Position numbers and translations under genes: made by a program. DNA of 64,000 bases, taken from the IMG/VR virus record IMGVR_UViG_3300021959_006017, positions 1 through 64,000 of that record; one strand, 5' to 3'. How positions within the stretch are numbered: the stretch's first letter is position 1; every line of letters starts with the position of its first letter. The notes under the pieces were generated by a model. The model saw only the letters and a program-made list of their open reading frames with translations, was not told the DNA's origin and searched no databases. Of this stretch, positions 48,174 through 57,856 are shown piece by piece.

Positions 48174-48847
48174 TGAAAGTATTTGTAGGATATGACACAA
48201 GAGAAGATATTGCTTATCAAGTATGTAAGCATAGTATTCTCAACAAACAACCTGACGCAGATGTGCGTCCGCTAAAACAAAAGGAACTGCGTGATGCAGG
48301 ATGGTACAAAAGACCAATAGACAAACTTGCATCAACAGAATTTACATTTACACGATTCCTTATCCCAGAACTTACTAACTTCGAAGGCTGGGCATTGTTT
48401 ATGGATTGTGATATGATCCTTACAACAGATATTAAAGAACTTTTTGATCAAGCAGACGACAAGTATGCTGTTATGTGTGTACACCATGATTACAAAGTTA
48501 GTGAAGGTACAAAGATGGATGGACAAAAGCAAACTATCTATCCACGTAAGAACTGGTCAAGTGTAATGTTGTTTAACTGTGCGCATCCTAGTAATGCTGC
48601 ACTTACAATGGACTTAGTTAATGAACCTGAAATCAATGGCGCATACTTACATCGTTTTAGTTGGTTAAAGGATGAAGAGATAGGTGAACTAGATCATACA
48701 TGGAACTATCTAGTAGGAGTATACAATGATATAGAAACTCCTAAACTTATTCATTATACAGAAGGCGGTCCTTGGTTTGAAAACTATAGGTACTGCGAGT
48801 TCCATGAACTTTGGAAAAAAGAACTACAGGAAATGATGAATGCCTAA
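48173..48847 (+). CDS. GT-A glycosyltransferase (GT8-like)
   Basis: VFVGYD.REDIAY.VC..SI, STEFTFTRF..P, FMDCDM, YPRKNWSS.MLFN, WNYLVG, HYT.GGPWF. Confidence 0.75.
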   Translation: MKVFVGYDTREDIAYQVCKHSILNKQPDADVRPLKQKELRDAGWYKRPIDKLASTEFTFTRFLIPELTNFEGWALFMDCDMILTTDIKELFDQADDKYAVMCVHHDYKVSEGTKMDGQKQTIYPRKNWSSVMLFNCAHPSNAALTMDLVNEPEINGAYLHRFSWLKDEEIGELDHTWNYLVGVYNDIETPKLIHYTEGGPWFENYRYCEFHELWKKELQEMMNA

Positions 48848-49646
48848 GTATCTCGCACTTGATAGTCTAGACACTATTGTAAAGCCTTTTGCAGAACATG
48901 TAAATGCTGAGTTTGTCGAAGGATGGAAAAATCTACACAAGTATCCATCCCACTTTCCAGTTATTTTTAGGAGTATGACACAGCGTAAAACTGTTACAGT
49001 TTGTAAAGAACAAAATAGGCCATACTTTTATATAGATACTGGATATATTGGAAATATGCAAAAACGAAAAGACTGGCATAGAATAGTACCTAGTGGAATG
49101 CAACATAACCAAGTAAACTGGGAAATGCCTTCCGATAGATTTAACAAAATTGCAGCAACAAAACCTTATCTAGCTTTTCCTGGTTGGAAGAAAAACGGAC
49201 GTAGCATATTAGTTGTAACACCGTCAGAAAAACCTTGCAAGTTTTATGGTATTAATAGAGACGAATGGCTAGCAGATACTCTTGCAAAAATAAAAGCAAA
49301 TACAGATAGACCTATTATTATTAGAGATAAAGTTAATAGAAGAGACAGAGTGGGTGCTGGAAGCATTTACAATCAAATAGATGAAGATGATATTTTTGCT
49401 GTAGTTACTTACAATAGTATTGCAGCAACAGAAGCTATAGGTTATGGTATTCCTTGTTTTACTCTTGCACCAAACGCTGCTGATCATTTTTGTGAAAAGG
49501 ATTTATCTAAAATAGAAACACCAAAATACGAAGAACCCGTTAAAGTGCATAAATGGCAGCATTGGATAGCATACTGTCAGTATCTTCCTAGAGAAATGCG
49601 AGACGGAACTGCACTAAAATATATAAAGGAGTACGGATTAAAATGA
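48840..49646 (+). CDS. Capsule-synthesis (KpsC/KpsS-like) glycosyltransferase 2
   Basis: YIDTGY, TDRPIIIRDK, AVVTYNSIAATEAIGYGIPCF; lacks the HP motif. Confidence 0.55.
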   Translation: MPKYLALDSLDTIVKPFAEHVNAEFVEGWKNLHKYPSHFPVIFRSMTQRKTVTVCKEQNRPYFYIDTGYIGNMQKRKDWHRIVPSGMQHNQVNWEMPSDRFNKIAATKPYLAFPGWKKNGRSILVVTPSEKPCKFYGINRDEWLADTLAKIKANTDRPIIIRDKVNRRDRVGAGSIYNQIDEDDIFAVVTYNSIAATEAIGYGIPCFTLAPNAADHFCEKDLSKIETPKYEEPVKVHKWQHWIAYCQYLPREMRDGTALKYIKEYGLK

Positions 49647-50578
49647 CAATAAAAGTTGCTTCTTATTTAATGGGTATACCCCCAGGTAATACAAACCCGG
49701 AAAAACCTGCTATTATTGTAAACTTTATCGAAGGTGTTTGGAAGTGCGGAGATGAAGGTACTATTGTAACTGATTATACTCCTGTAGATGCTGATGTAGC
49801 AGTAGTACAAGGATTTGTACACCCGGGTAGTAAAAACAGTCAACATTTAAATCTTAGAAAAAATGTATTCGAAAAACAGCAACGTGACGGAAAGCGTAGT
49901 GTTATTGTTGACAGTAATTTGTTTTTATTTGCTGATAAAAATAATAGTAAAAAATATTTAAGATATAGTTATGACGGTATATTTCCTAACACCGGTGAGT
50001 ATTGTAATAACAATCCTGATCCTGCACGTTGGGAAAAAATAAGAAGAGATCTTAAAATAACATTAAAGCCTTGGCGGCTTACTAAAGGAAAACACATACT
50101 AATAACTTGTCAGCGTGACGGCGGCTGGAGCATGGACGGGCAAGCTATTATGCCGTGGTTATTAAAGACAATAAAAGAAATACGCAAGCATACTGATAGG
50201 CCTGTGCGTATTAGATTCCATCCTGGTGATAAAAAGATTTTAGAACACAAAAGAGCATTAGCTCGATATCGCTTACCTGGAGTCACTGTAAGTCATTACG
50301 ATAATATTTTACAAGACTTTATTGGCTGTCATGCAGTTGTAAGTTACAACAGTAGCCCTGCAATAGCAGCAGCAATAGACGGAACACCAGTATTTGTTTT
50401 AGATCCAAATAGAAGTCAAGCAGGTGAAGTATCACACCACGACTTAGCAGATTTAGAAAACTTAAAAGAGCTTGACAGAGAGCGTTGGATACATTCAATG
50501 GCACAAATGCACTGGACATTAGACGAACTTAAAGACGGAACAGCATGGAGACATTTAAGAAAATGGGCAAAGAAATAA
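49643..50578 (+). CDS. Capsule-synthesis (KpsC/KpsS-like) glycosyltransferase 3
   Basis: LKPWR...HILITCQRDGG, TDRPVRIRFHP, AVVSYNSSPAIAAAIDGTPVF. Confidence 0.6.
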   Translation: MTIKVASYLMGIPPGNTNPEKPAIIVNFIEGVWKCGDEGTIVTDYTPVDADVAVVQGFVHPGSKNSQHLNLRKNVFEKQQRDGKRSVIVDSNLFLFADKNNSKKYLRYSYDGIFPNTGEYCNNNPDPARWEKIRRDLKITLKPWRLTKGKHILITCQRDGGWSMDGQAIMPWLLKTIKEIRKHTDRPVRIRFHPGDKKILEHKRALARYRLPGVTVSHYDNILQDFIGCHAVVSYNSSPAIAAAIDGTPVFVLDPNRSQAGEVSHHDLADLENLKELDRERWIHSMAQMHWTLDELKDGTAWRHLRKWAKK

Positions 50579-51417
50579 CAGTAGTAACTACGTTTCATCC
50601 TGAAGGCATGAAAGTATATGGACAAAGATTTATAGATAGTTTTGCTGAACGTGTAGACAAACGTATCAAACTATTAGTTTATGCTGAAGATTGCAAACCT
50701 ACTGTAGATCCATTAAATGAAAATATAACAATACTTGATGCTAAACAAGCACTGCCTAAACTAAATGCATTTAAGGAACGTTGGGGTAATGTTCCAAAAG
50801 CAAACGGTAAATGTCCTTGGCCCGAAAGACGTCCAAGAGATCATCACAAAGAGTTTAAATGGGACGCAGTAAGATTTGCTAACAAAGTATATGCAGTATT
50901 TGATGCGTGTGAACGTAGCACAGACTGGTGTGCATGGATGGATGCAGATACATTTATACACAGTGATTGGACGTATGAGCAGTTTTCTAACCTCTTGCCA
51001 AACGACTCATACCTCACAATGGTAGGTAGAGGTAAAGGATCACAAACTTGGCCAGAGTGTGGATTTTATGGTATGAATCTTAAAAACAAATCATGCCAAG
51101 AGTTTTTAGCAGAGTTTGAACGTGTGTATGAGGATGCAGAAAATGGCATCTTTACTTTAGAAGAATGGCACGACAGTTATGTCATGGGTGATATTATACA
51201 GAAGTTTAAACTGAATAAAAAAGATAATGTATACGATTATAGTTCAAGTATATATGTTAAAACTGCTAAGACAGGCGGTGGAGGACATCCACTTATTAAT
51301 AGTGAACTAGGACGTTGGATGGATCATATGAAGGGCGATCGTAAGTTCCAAGGTAAATCAAAAGCAAAAGATTTAATGGGTATAAGGCAGGAATCATATT
51401 GGCAAAATGCAGTTTAA
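50563..51417 (+). CDS. GT-A-like glycosyltransferase
   Basis: VVTTF...G...YG.RF..SF, WDAVRFANKVYA, WMDAD (DxD), ECGF, EWHDS, DH.KG.RK. Confidence 0.65.
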   Translation: MGKEITVVTTFHPEGMKVYGQRFIDSFAERVDKRIKLLVYAEDCKPTVDPLNENITILDAKQALPKLNAFKERWGNVPKANGKCPWPERRPRDHHKEFKWDAVRFANKVYAVFDACERSTDWCAWMDADTFIHSDWTYEQFSNLLPNDSYLTMVGRGKGSQTWPECGFYGMNLKNKSCQEFLAEFERVYEDAENGIFTLEEWHDSYVMGDIIQKFKLNKKDNVYDYSSSIYVKTAKTGGGGHPLINSELGRWMDHMKGDRKFQGKSKAKDLMGIRQESYWQNAV

Positions 51418-52258
51418 CTTACATACAAAGTTTGGTGCCCTCAATAGTGGCCCTGTTTTTGATGCCTTTCGTACTGGCGCTAATGCTCTCGGGCATAGTG
51501 TTGTTGTTGACGGTAATGACGGCATTGATGTTATTTGGAGCGTACTTTGGAACGGTCGCATGTCTGGAAACCGTGCTATTTGGGAAAGAAACATTTCACA
51601 ATCCAAACCGACCATCGTCCTCGAAGTCGGAGGAATATCTCGAGGATCCACTTGGAAGGTAGGATTAAATGGAATTAATAGAGATGCTTTTTTCGGTGAT
51701 GGCGGGAACGATAGTAGGCGTAGCGATCTACTTAATCTTAGATTGAAACCGTGGCGCACTGAAGGCAAATACATTCTTATATGTGGACAGCATGATAAGA
51801 GTTTACAATGGCAAGACATGCCTAGAATGAGTCAATGGGTAATGGATACTATTGATGAAATAAAAAAGCATACCGATCGTACAATAATATTTCGACCACA
51901 TCCTAGATGCACCCTACCTCATATCGAACACGAATATACTAATGTTAAAAGACAAAACCCTCGCTATATTAATGGCACTTATGACGATTTTGACATGGGC
52001 TTTGATAACATATGGGCTACTGTAAGTTATAGCTCAAACCCAGGTATACACAGTATACTCGAAGGCGTACCTGCTTTTGTAAGTCCGCACAGTCTTGCAT
52101 ACGATGCAGCAAATGATATAGACTTCCTTCACGATATAGAAAACCCAATAAGACCTGATAGACAGCAATGGCTAAACGACTATGCATGGACAGAGTTTAC
52201 TGTAGAAGAAATAGCCTCAGGATTACCACTTAAACACTTGACATCTAAGCTAGTTTAA
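51407..52258 (+). CDS. Capsule-synthesis (KpsC/KpsS-like) glycosyltransferase 4
   Basis: LKPWR...YILICGQHDKS, TDRTIIFRPHP, ATVSYSSNPGIHSILEGVPAF. Confidence 0.6.
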   Translation: MQFNLHTKFGALNSGPVFDAFRTGANALGHSVVVDGNDGIDVIWSVLWNGRMSGNRAIWERNISQSKPTIVLEVGGISRGSTWKVGLNGINRDAFFGDGGNDSRRSDLLNLRLKPWRTEGKYILICGQHDKSLQWQDMPRMSQWVMDTIDEIKKHTDRTIIFRPHPRCTLPHIEHEYTNVKRQNPRYINGTYDDFDMGFDNIWATVSYSSNPGIHSILEGVPAFVSPHSLAYDAANDIDFLHDIENPIRPDRQQWLNDYAWTEFTVEEIASGLPLKHLTSKLV

Positions 52259-52266
52259 GTTATAAT
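52238..52266 (+). promoter_or_regulatory. Sigma70 consensus promoter TTGACA-N17-TATAAT
   Basis: Perfect consensus, 6 nt before ATG 52273. Confidence 0.8.
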
Positions 52267-52272
52267 GTTTAC

Positions 52273-53460
52273 ATGATACAGACAATAGAAGACGCACTCG
52301 AAACCCTTGCCGGTCTTAAAGGCAACTACAATCTAAAGATAGAAAAGGAAGAGTTTACTATAGTGAATAGTATAGCTCGTCAAGTCTTTAGAGGTACAGC
52401 TTTAACTGATAGGCAGTATGCACTAATGAAGGACAAACTGCAAAAATATATTCCGCAGTTTGAACAAGCAGGTTTGGAAAACACACTAGTTGCTCTAGAG
52501 GAACTTAGACAGCCGCTAAGATCTATTGACAGAACTAGATATATTAAGATAGTTGATTATCCAGACGACATGCCGTATGATGCAGATGAATCTGAAAAGT
52601 ATATTGCTGTTAGGTTTCCATTTAAAAAGTCTGACATTATGCTTATAAATGATATCCCTAAACGAGATGGTTATCATCATAATAAAGGAAGTCATACACA
52701 TTATTTTGCATTAACTGAAAACTATTTGTTGGCTATTGGTGATAAGTTTTTTAATAAAGATTTTGAAATAAACAAAGTTCTTAAAGAAAGATATCAACAA
52801 ATAAAACAAATACAAAATAATGCAGAACAATATCTTCCATTTTTAGTAGATGATAAGATACAAAATATTAGCCCTAAACTTGAAAAGATAATACAAGAAG
52901 AAACGGGCTACGATCTATTAAAAATATATGATAGAAGATTTAGGTATTGTTTAGACGATATTAATATTAATGTTACTGGAAGTTCACTAGAAGAAGATAT
53001 TGCTAGTAGAAAAACTATTGAGTATCAAAGCAAACCTAGTGTACAATCTATTGATAATATTTTATATGCCTTGTATAACTTAGACAGATTTCCTATGCTA
53101 GTTGTACTAGATCACAAAGATTGTGAAACACAACTGCACGAAGTTGTAAACTTTTTTAGAGACTTGGTATCCTCTGAAGAACAAAGTGTGCTGTTTAGAG
53201 ATGAAGATACCGATAGCGGGTTTAACCAGTTGATAAAACACAGAAAACTTAATAATTGGGTTGACAAAACTACAAAAATAGTGTATATTAGTGATAATAA
53301 ACTTCCTAAAGTTTTATTAGAAACAGATTGGAGCCCAAACTGTGCATTTGCATACAACAGTAATAACAACAAAAGTGTACAGTTATATATTAAAAATAGT
53401 TGCGATTTAGTTGTGTTTAGAGAAGAGACAATAAGTCCGTTTGTGAGAATGTACAGATAA
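52273..53460 (+). CDS. Hypothetical protein upstream of uvsW
   Basis: 395-aa ORF; SIARQV..G.ALTDRQ N-terminal motif; no function recognised. Confidence 0.6.
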   Translation: MIQTIEDALETLAGLKGNYNLKIEKEEFTIVNSIARQVFRGTALTDRQYALMKDKLQKYIPQFEQAGLENTLVALEELRQPLRSIDRTRYIKIVDYPDDMPYDADESEKYIAVRFPFKKSDIMLINDIPKRDGYHHNKGSHTHYFALTENYLLAIGDKFFNKDFEINKVLKERYQQIKQIQNNAEQYLPFLVDDKIQNISPKLEKIIQEETGYDLLKIYDRRFRYCLDDININVTGSSLEEDIASRKTIEYQSKPSVQSIDNILYALYNLDRFPMLVVLDHKDCETQLHEVVNFFRDLVSSEEQSVLFRDEDTDSGFNQLIKHRKLNNWVDKTTKIVYISDNKLPKVLLETDWSPNCAFAYNSNNNKSVQLYIKNSCDLVVFREETISPFVRMYR

Positions 53461-53461
53461 T

Positions 53462-54925
53462 ATGAGTTCGTGTAAACTAATAATTGAAGACGAAGTAAAC
53501 ATTAAGCTAGAAGGACTAGAGATTGATGTGCGGCGTAAAGTTGCTAACGCATTAAAGTTTGAAGTGCCTTATGCTCGATACATGCCTCAGTATAAGCTAG
53601 GACGATGGGACGGTAAGGTTGCTTTTTTTGGTATTGGTGGCACAGGCTACGTTAATCATCTTGATACTATTGTTGCTGTTCTACAAAAAAATAACGTCCA
53701 AATAGTAGACATTGACGATCGTAGACATCCTGTAACATTAGACTTTCAACCTATTACAGAACGTTATTGGGCAGATCAAGGTGTTGTATGGCCTAAAGGA
53801 CATCCTGCAGAAGGTGAAGAAATCATTCTGCGTGACTACCAAGTAACAGCAATCAACAACTTTCTACAAAACCCACAGAGCTTGCAAGAGATTGCAACAG
53901 GAGCAGGTAAAACTATTACAACTGCTACTCTGTCACATATTAGTGAGCCGTATGGACGCAGTCTTGTTATTGTACCTAACAAATCACTTGTTACACAAAC
54001 AGAAGAAGACTATATCAATTGTGGGTTAGACGTAGGGGTGTACTTCGGCGACAGAAAAGAGTTAGGTAAGACTCACACTATCTGTACATGGCAGAGCTTG
54101 AACATTCTAGACAAGAAGTTCAAAGACGGCAGTGCAGTACTAAGCCTCGCAGAGTTCTTAGACGGTGTAAGCACTATTATTGTCGACGAAGTACACCAAG
54201 CCAAAGCAGAAGTACTAAAGAATCTGCTTACACGCAACCTACGCAATGCACCTATCCGTTGGGGACTTACTGGTACAGTACCTAAAGAGAAGTTTGAGTT
54301 CGAAAGTATTCATGCTTCGTTAGGTCCAGTAATAGGACAGATTAGTGCAAAAGAACTTCAAGATAAAGGTGTGCTATCTCAATGTCATGTTAACATTGTA
54401 CAACTTATAGACACACAAGCACATAGTGATTATCAATCAGAATTAAAATATCTAGTAACAAATAAAGATAGAATCGAATACATAGGCAAACTACTAAACA
54501 ATATAAAAAACTCAGGCAATACACTTATACTTGTAGATAGGATTTCTGCAGGAGAAATGTTACAAGAACTTATACCAGGTTCGACATTCGTAAAAGGAGA
54601 CGTTAAATTAAAAGATAGAAAGGAAGCGTATGATGAAATCAATGAAGGAACTAATCATGTGGTTGTTGCAACCTACGGTGTGGCCGCGGTGGGCATTAAC
54701 ATTCCTCGTATTTTTAATTTGGTTCTTATTGAACCCGGCAAAAGTTTTGTTAGGGTTATTCAAAGTATAGGTAGAGGCGTAAGAAAGGCAAAGGACAAAG
54801 ACTTCGTACAAATATGGGATCTTACAAGCACTTGTAAGTTTGCGAAGCGGCACCTTACTCAGCGTAAAAAGTTTTATAAGGAAGCCCAATACCCCTTCAC
54901 AATAGAAAAGGTAGATTGGCAATGA
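53462..54925 (+). CDS. uvsW: SF2 DNA helicase UvsW
   Basis: G.WDGK, LRDYQ, ATGAGKT, VDEVH, GLTGT, GINIP, QSIGRG.R. Confidence 0.9.
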   Translation: MSSCKLIIEDEVNIKLEGLEIDVRRKVANALKFEVPYARYMPQYKLGRWDGKVAFFGIGGTGYVNHLDTIVAVLQKNNVQIVDIDDRRHPVTLDFQPITERYWADQGVVWPKGHPAEGEEIILRDYQVTAINNFLQNPQSLQEIATGAGKTITTATLSHISEPYGRSLVIVPNKSLVTQTEEDYINCGLDVGVYFGDRKELGKTHTICTWQSLNILDKKFKDGSAVLSLAEFLDGVSTIIVDEVHQAKAEVLKNLLTRNLRNAPIRWGLTGTVPKEKFEFESIHASLGPVIGQISAKELQDKGVLSQCHVNIVQLIDTQAHSDYQSELKYLVTNKDRIEYIGKLLNNIKNSGNTLILVDRISAGEMLQELIPGSTFVKGDVKLKDRKEAYDEINEGTNHVVVATYGVAAVGINIPRIFNLVLIEPGKSFVRVIQSIGRGVRKAKDKDFVQIWDLTSTCKFAKRHLTQRKKFYKEAQYPFTIEKVDWQ

Positions 54926-55428
54926 GAATATTAACATTAGATAACGAGTGCTTTAAACTCGACGAGTTACCGGATCAGATCGAAGACGACATACGATTCA
55001 GTGTGTTAGATAACTCAGATCCACAAAATCCTGACTTCTTTTTTGTGCCTTTGATTTTTTTAGAATCGTTTAGTGCGCCTGCTATGGTAATAGAAATAGC
55101 AGGTAAAGAATTTACAATGCCTGTTGATTGGAGCATTGCAGTTGGCGATTCCGAAAGTGGCAACGACTTAGAAGTATTACCATTAACTAGTCTAAATGAC
55201 AGGGGCTTCGAAGCATTTCTTTTTAATCCCCTTACTAGTTATAAAACAGATTTTGCAGAGATAAACATAGTTAACTTTTATCAAGACATAAAATGGTATT
55301 TTCCGAAAATGAAAAACGGACAGTTACTTAGTGTACCGATTACAGAAGGTAAGAATCCTTTGTGTGCATACTTTGTTAAAGATATTAGCAGGCAATGCGA
55401 AATCATAGAATACGAGAAACTGTTATAA
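54922..55428 (+). CDS. Conserved hypothetical protein
   Basis: ATGA overlap with uvsW stop; no motif recognised. Confidence 0.6.
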   Translation: MRILTLDNECFKLDELPDQIEDDIRFSVLDNSDPQNPDFFFVPLIFLESFSAPAMVIEIAGKEFTMPVDWSIAVGDSESGNDLEVLPLTSLNDRGFEAFLFNPLTSYKTDFAEINIVNFYQDIKWYFPKMKNGQLLSVPITEGKNPLCAYFVKDISRQCEIIEYEKLL

Positions 55429-55438
55429 GGAAAGGCGG

Positions 55439-55807
55439 ATGACAATGAAAGCAGGAAAGATATGGGGACAAACTGAACTAATACACGCTAATGGTGTATT
55501 AGAGTTTCACCGTATAGAGTTTAAAAAAGGATATAAATGTAGCGAGCATGAGCATCGTTATAAATGGAATGGATTCTTTGTTGAATCGGGCAAGATGATT
55601 GTTCGCGTTTGGCAAGATGCAGATCAAGAAGGGTTAGTTGATGAAACTATTCTTGAAGCTGGAGACTTCACACAGGTGAAGCCAGGAAAAATTCACCAGT
55701 TTGAAGGTTTAGAAGATGGTGTCGCTTTTGAACTTTACTGGGCTGAATTTAATCACGATGACATTGTTCGTCGTACAATAGGCACAGAAGTAAAAGGAAA
55801 AAAATAA
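55439..55807 (+). CDS. Cupin-domain protein
   Basis: GKIWG.T, CSEH.H..KWNGF.VESG, V.PG..HQF. Confidence 0.75.
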   Translation: MTMKAGKIWGQTELIHANGVLEFHRIEFKKGYKCSEHEHRYKWNGFFVESGKMIVRVWQDADQEGLVDETILEAGDFTQVKPGKIHQFEGLEDGVAFELYWAEFNHDDIVRRTIGTEVKGKK

Positions 55808-56506
55808 ATGTTTACAAAACTACTAGAAGGTGTTGACAAAACACTTGTTAGAAATCTAGTTATTTTACACACGTTAGTTATTGCGGTGTCAAATTATCTA
55901 GTTACCATTCGATTTGATTTGTTCCCAGGAGCAGATCTACCGTTGTTTGGATCATTTCCATTAGCGGCGGCAGCGTTTACGTTTCCGATCGTAGTAGTGG
56001 CAACTGACCTTACTGTAAGGATGGTTGGTAAAGAAGCAGGTAGAGCCGTTGTAGCAATGGCTATTATTCCAGCTATTGTAGCATCAGTTCTTGTGCTGTT
56101 AGCACTAGGTGATGAACATGCTTACAGAGTAGGGTTTGCATCAGGTACAGCATATGCTATCGGTACAATGCTTGACGTATATGTATTCCAACATATTAGA
56201 GAGAAGTGGAGCGAAGCATGGTGGGCAGCCCCGGCGATTTCAACTATCGTGGCTAACATCATTGACACATATTCATTCTTTTATGTAGCATTTGCAGGTT
56301 CAACAGACGCAGAAGGCAACTTAACTTGGATTGGTGAAAACTGGCACATTGTTGCACAGAACAATACACTGACTAAGGTTGTAGTTGGCTTGATTGTATT
56401 CCTGCCAGCATATGGTGTACTCCTTGCATACTTGAAAAATCGAGTAGCGCCAACACCAGTAGAAGAAGCGCCTAAGAAGCGTGGACGTAAAAAGGCCACA
56501 AAATAA
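55808..56506 (+). CDS. yhhQ: Queuosine precursor (preQ0/preQ1) transporter, VUT family
   Basis: Multi-TM; IAVSNYLV, AFTFP....ATDLTVR..G...R, R...AS..AY..G..LDV.VF, WW.AP..ST...N..DT..FF..AF. Confidence 0.85.
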   Translation: MFTKLLEGVDKTLVRNLVILHTLVIAVSNYLVTIRFDLFPGADLPLFGSFPLAAAAFTFPIVVVATDLTVRMVGKEAGRAVVAMAIIPAIVASVLVLLALGDEHAYRVGFASGTAYAIGTMLDVYVFQHIREKWSEAWWAAPAISTIVANIIDTYSFFYVAFAGSTDAEGNLTWIGENWHIVAQNNTLTKVVVGLIVFLPAYGVLLAYLKNRVAPTPVEEAPKKRGRKKATK

Positions 56507-56763
56507 TGGGTGAGCTTCTACCAGGAGAAGCATTGATATACGAGCGTAGCAATGGAGTTGTCTACGCTCGTTATCGCGACAAGCCAGAAATAGAACGATG
56601 GGTAATAGGAGGAGATCCAGGTGCAGTGGCTAGAGCACAAGGTCGATTATGCGACTATAGTGAATGGCAAAAACTGTGTGATATGTGTGTAGAACATCCT
56701 ACGCTAATGAAACTTATGGACCAACTTGTAACAACATATTATATTATGAAGGACGACAAATGA
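56506..56763 (+). CDS. Hypothetical protein
   Basis: 85 aa, coupled to both neighbours. Confidence 0.55.
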   Translation: MGELLPGEALIYERSNGVVYARYRDKPEIERWVIGGDPGAVARAQGRLCDYSEWQKLCDMCVEHPTLMKLMDQLVTTYYIMKDDK

Positions 56764-57086
56764 AATATGAACAATGGGATATAGGAGGAGAAGTTGTAAA
56801 AGCAGACGATCGCTATGTTGTAAAAGACAATACACTTCTTAACAACTTAATAGTAAGTAGTACAAACTTAAAACCCGGGAAATCAACAACAGGCCACAAG
56901 CATGAAGGTCAAGAAGAAGTATACATTTTTGTAAAAGGCCATGGAGTAATGCAGATAGACGATGAACGATTTGATGTAAATGAAGGCGATACAGTCTTAA
57001 TACAAGACGGAGTCTTTCATCGTGTGTATGCAGGTACAACAGGTTGTTATTTTATTTGTGTATTTGACGGAAGGAGAACCCATTGA
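56760..57086 (+). CDS. Cupin-domain protein
   Basis: L.PG.ST.GH.H.GQEEVY.F..G.G.M.ID...V..GD.V.I..G.FH.V. Confidence 0.8.
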   Translation: MKYEQWDIGGEVVKADDRYVVKDNTLLNNLIVSSTNLKPGKSTTGHKHEGQEEVYIFVKGHGVMQIDDERFDVNEGDTVLIQDGVFHRVYAGTTGCYFICVFDGRRTH

Positions 57087-57856
57087 GAATTATTGCAGGA
57101 CCGTGCCAACATGAAAGTTTAGAAAAAAGTTTAGAAATCGCAAAAGAATGTAAACGAGTTTGTCACAAACTCGGCATTGAATATTATTTTAAAGCAAGCT
57201 ATGATAAAGCCAATCGCACAAACATAAAGGGCGAAAGAGGTAAAGGTATTGGTTGCTTAGAAGATTTTAAAACTTTAAAAGAAGAAATACCTGGTCTTAA
57301 AACATTAACAGATGTACATGACAGTATGCAAGTTAATGTTATTCAATATCATTATAACGACTGTGTTGATGTACTACAGATACCTGCCTTTCTTTGTCGT
57401 CAAACAGATTTGATTAAAACAGCAGTTGATACAGGCAAGATAGTTAATATTAAAAAAGGACAGTTCTTAGCACCTTGGGACGTAGCAGGTATCCTTTCAA
57501 AAACAGAAGGTGCTAAAGAAGTATGGATTACTGAAAGGGGAACTAGCTTTGGATATAATACTTTGGTCGTTGATTTCACTGGCATGCAGTATATGCTTGA
57601 TACCTATAATGTTCCTATTGTTTTTGATGTTACCCACTCGGTTCAACGCCCGGGAGGAAATGGCAGTAGTAGCGGCGGCAATAGGGGGTATGTCCCTGGC
57701 CTATCTCGCGCTGCATCTGCAATGGGTATAACAGACTTCTTCTTAGAAGTACACGCTGACCCGGATAATGCACCCAGTGACGGTGCTAATATGTTACGCT
57801 TAGAAGATTTTGAAAGGACAGTAGATGACATCCACCGCTATTCTTATACCGGCTAG
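57083..57856 (+). CDS. kdsA: KDO-8-phosphate synthase
   Basis: IAGPC..ES, FKASYDKANRT, TDVH, LQIPAFLCRQTDL, NIKKGQFLAP, TERGTSFGY..LVVD, FDVTHSVQ.PGG.G..SGG.R, F.EVH..P..APSDG; TTG start after AAGGAG. Confidence 0.95.
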   Translation: MRIIAGPCQHESLEKSLEIAKECKRVCHKLGIEYYFKASYDKANRTNIKGERGKGIGCLEDFKTLKEEIPGLKTLTDVHDSMQVNVIQYHYNDCVDVLQIPAFLCRQTDLIKTAVDTGKIVNIKKGQFLAPWDVAGILSKTEGAKEVWITERGTSFGYNTLVVDFTGMQYMLDTYNVPIVFDVTHSVQRPGGNGSSSGGNRGYVPGLSRAASAMGITDFFLEVHADPDNAPSDGANMLRLEDFERTVDDIHRYSYTG

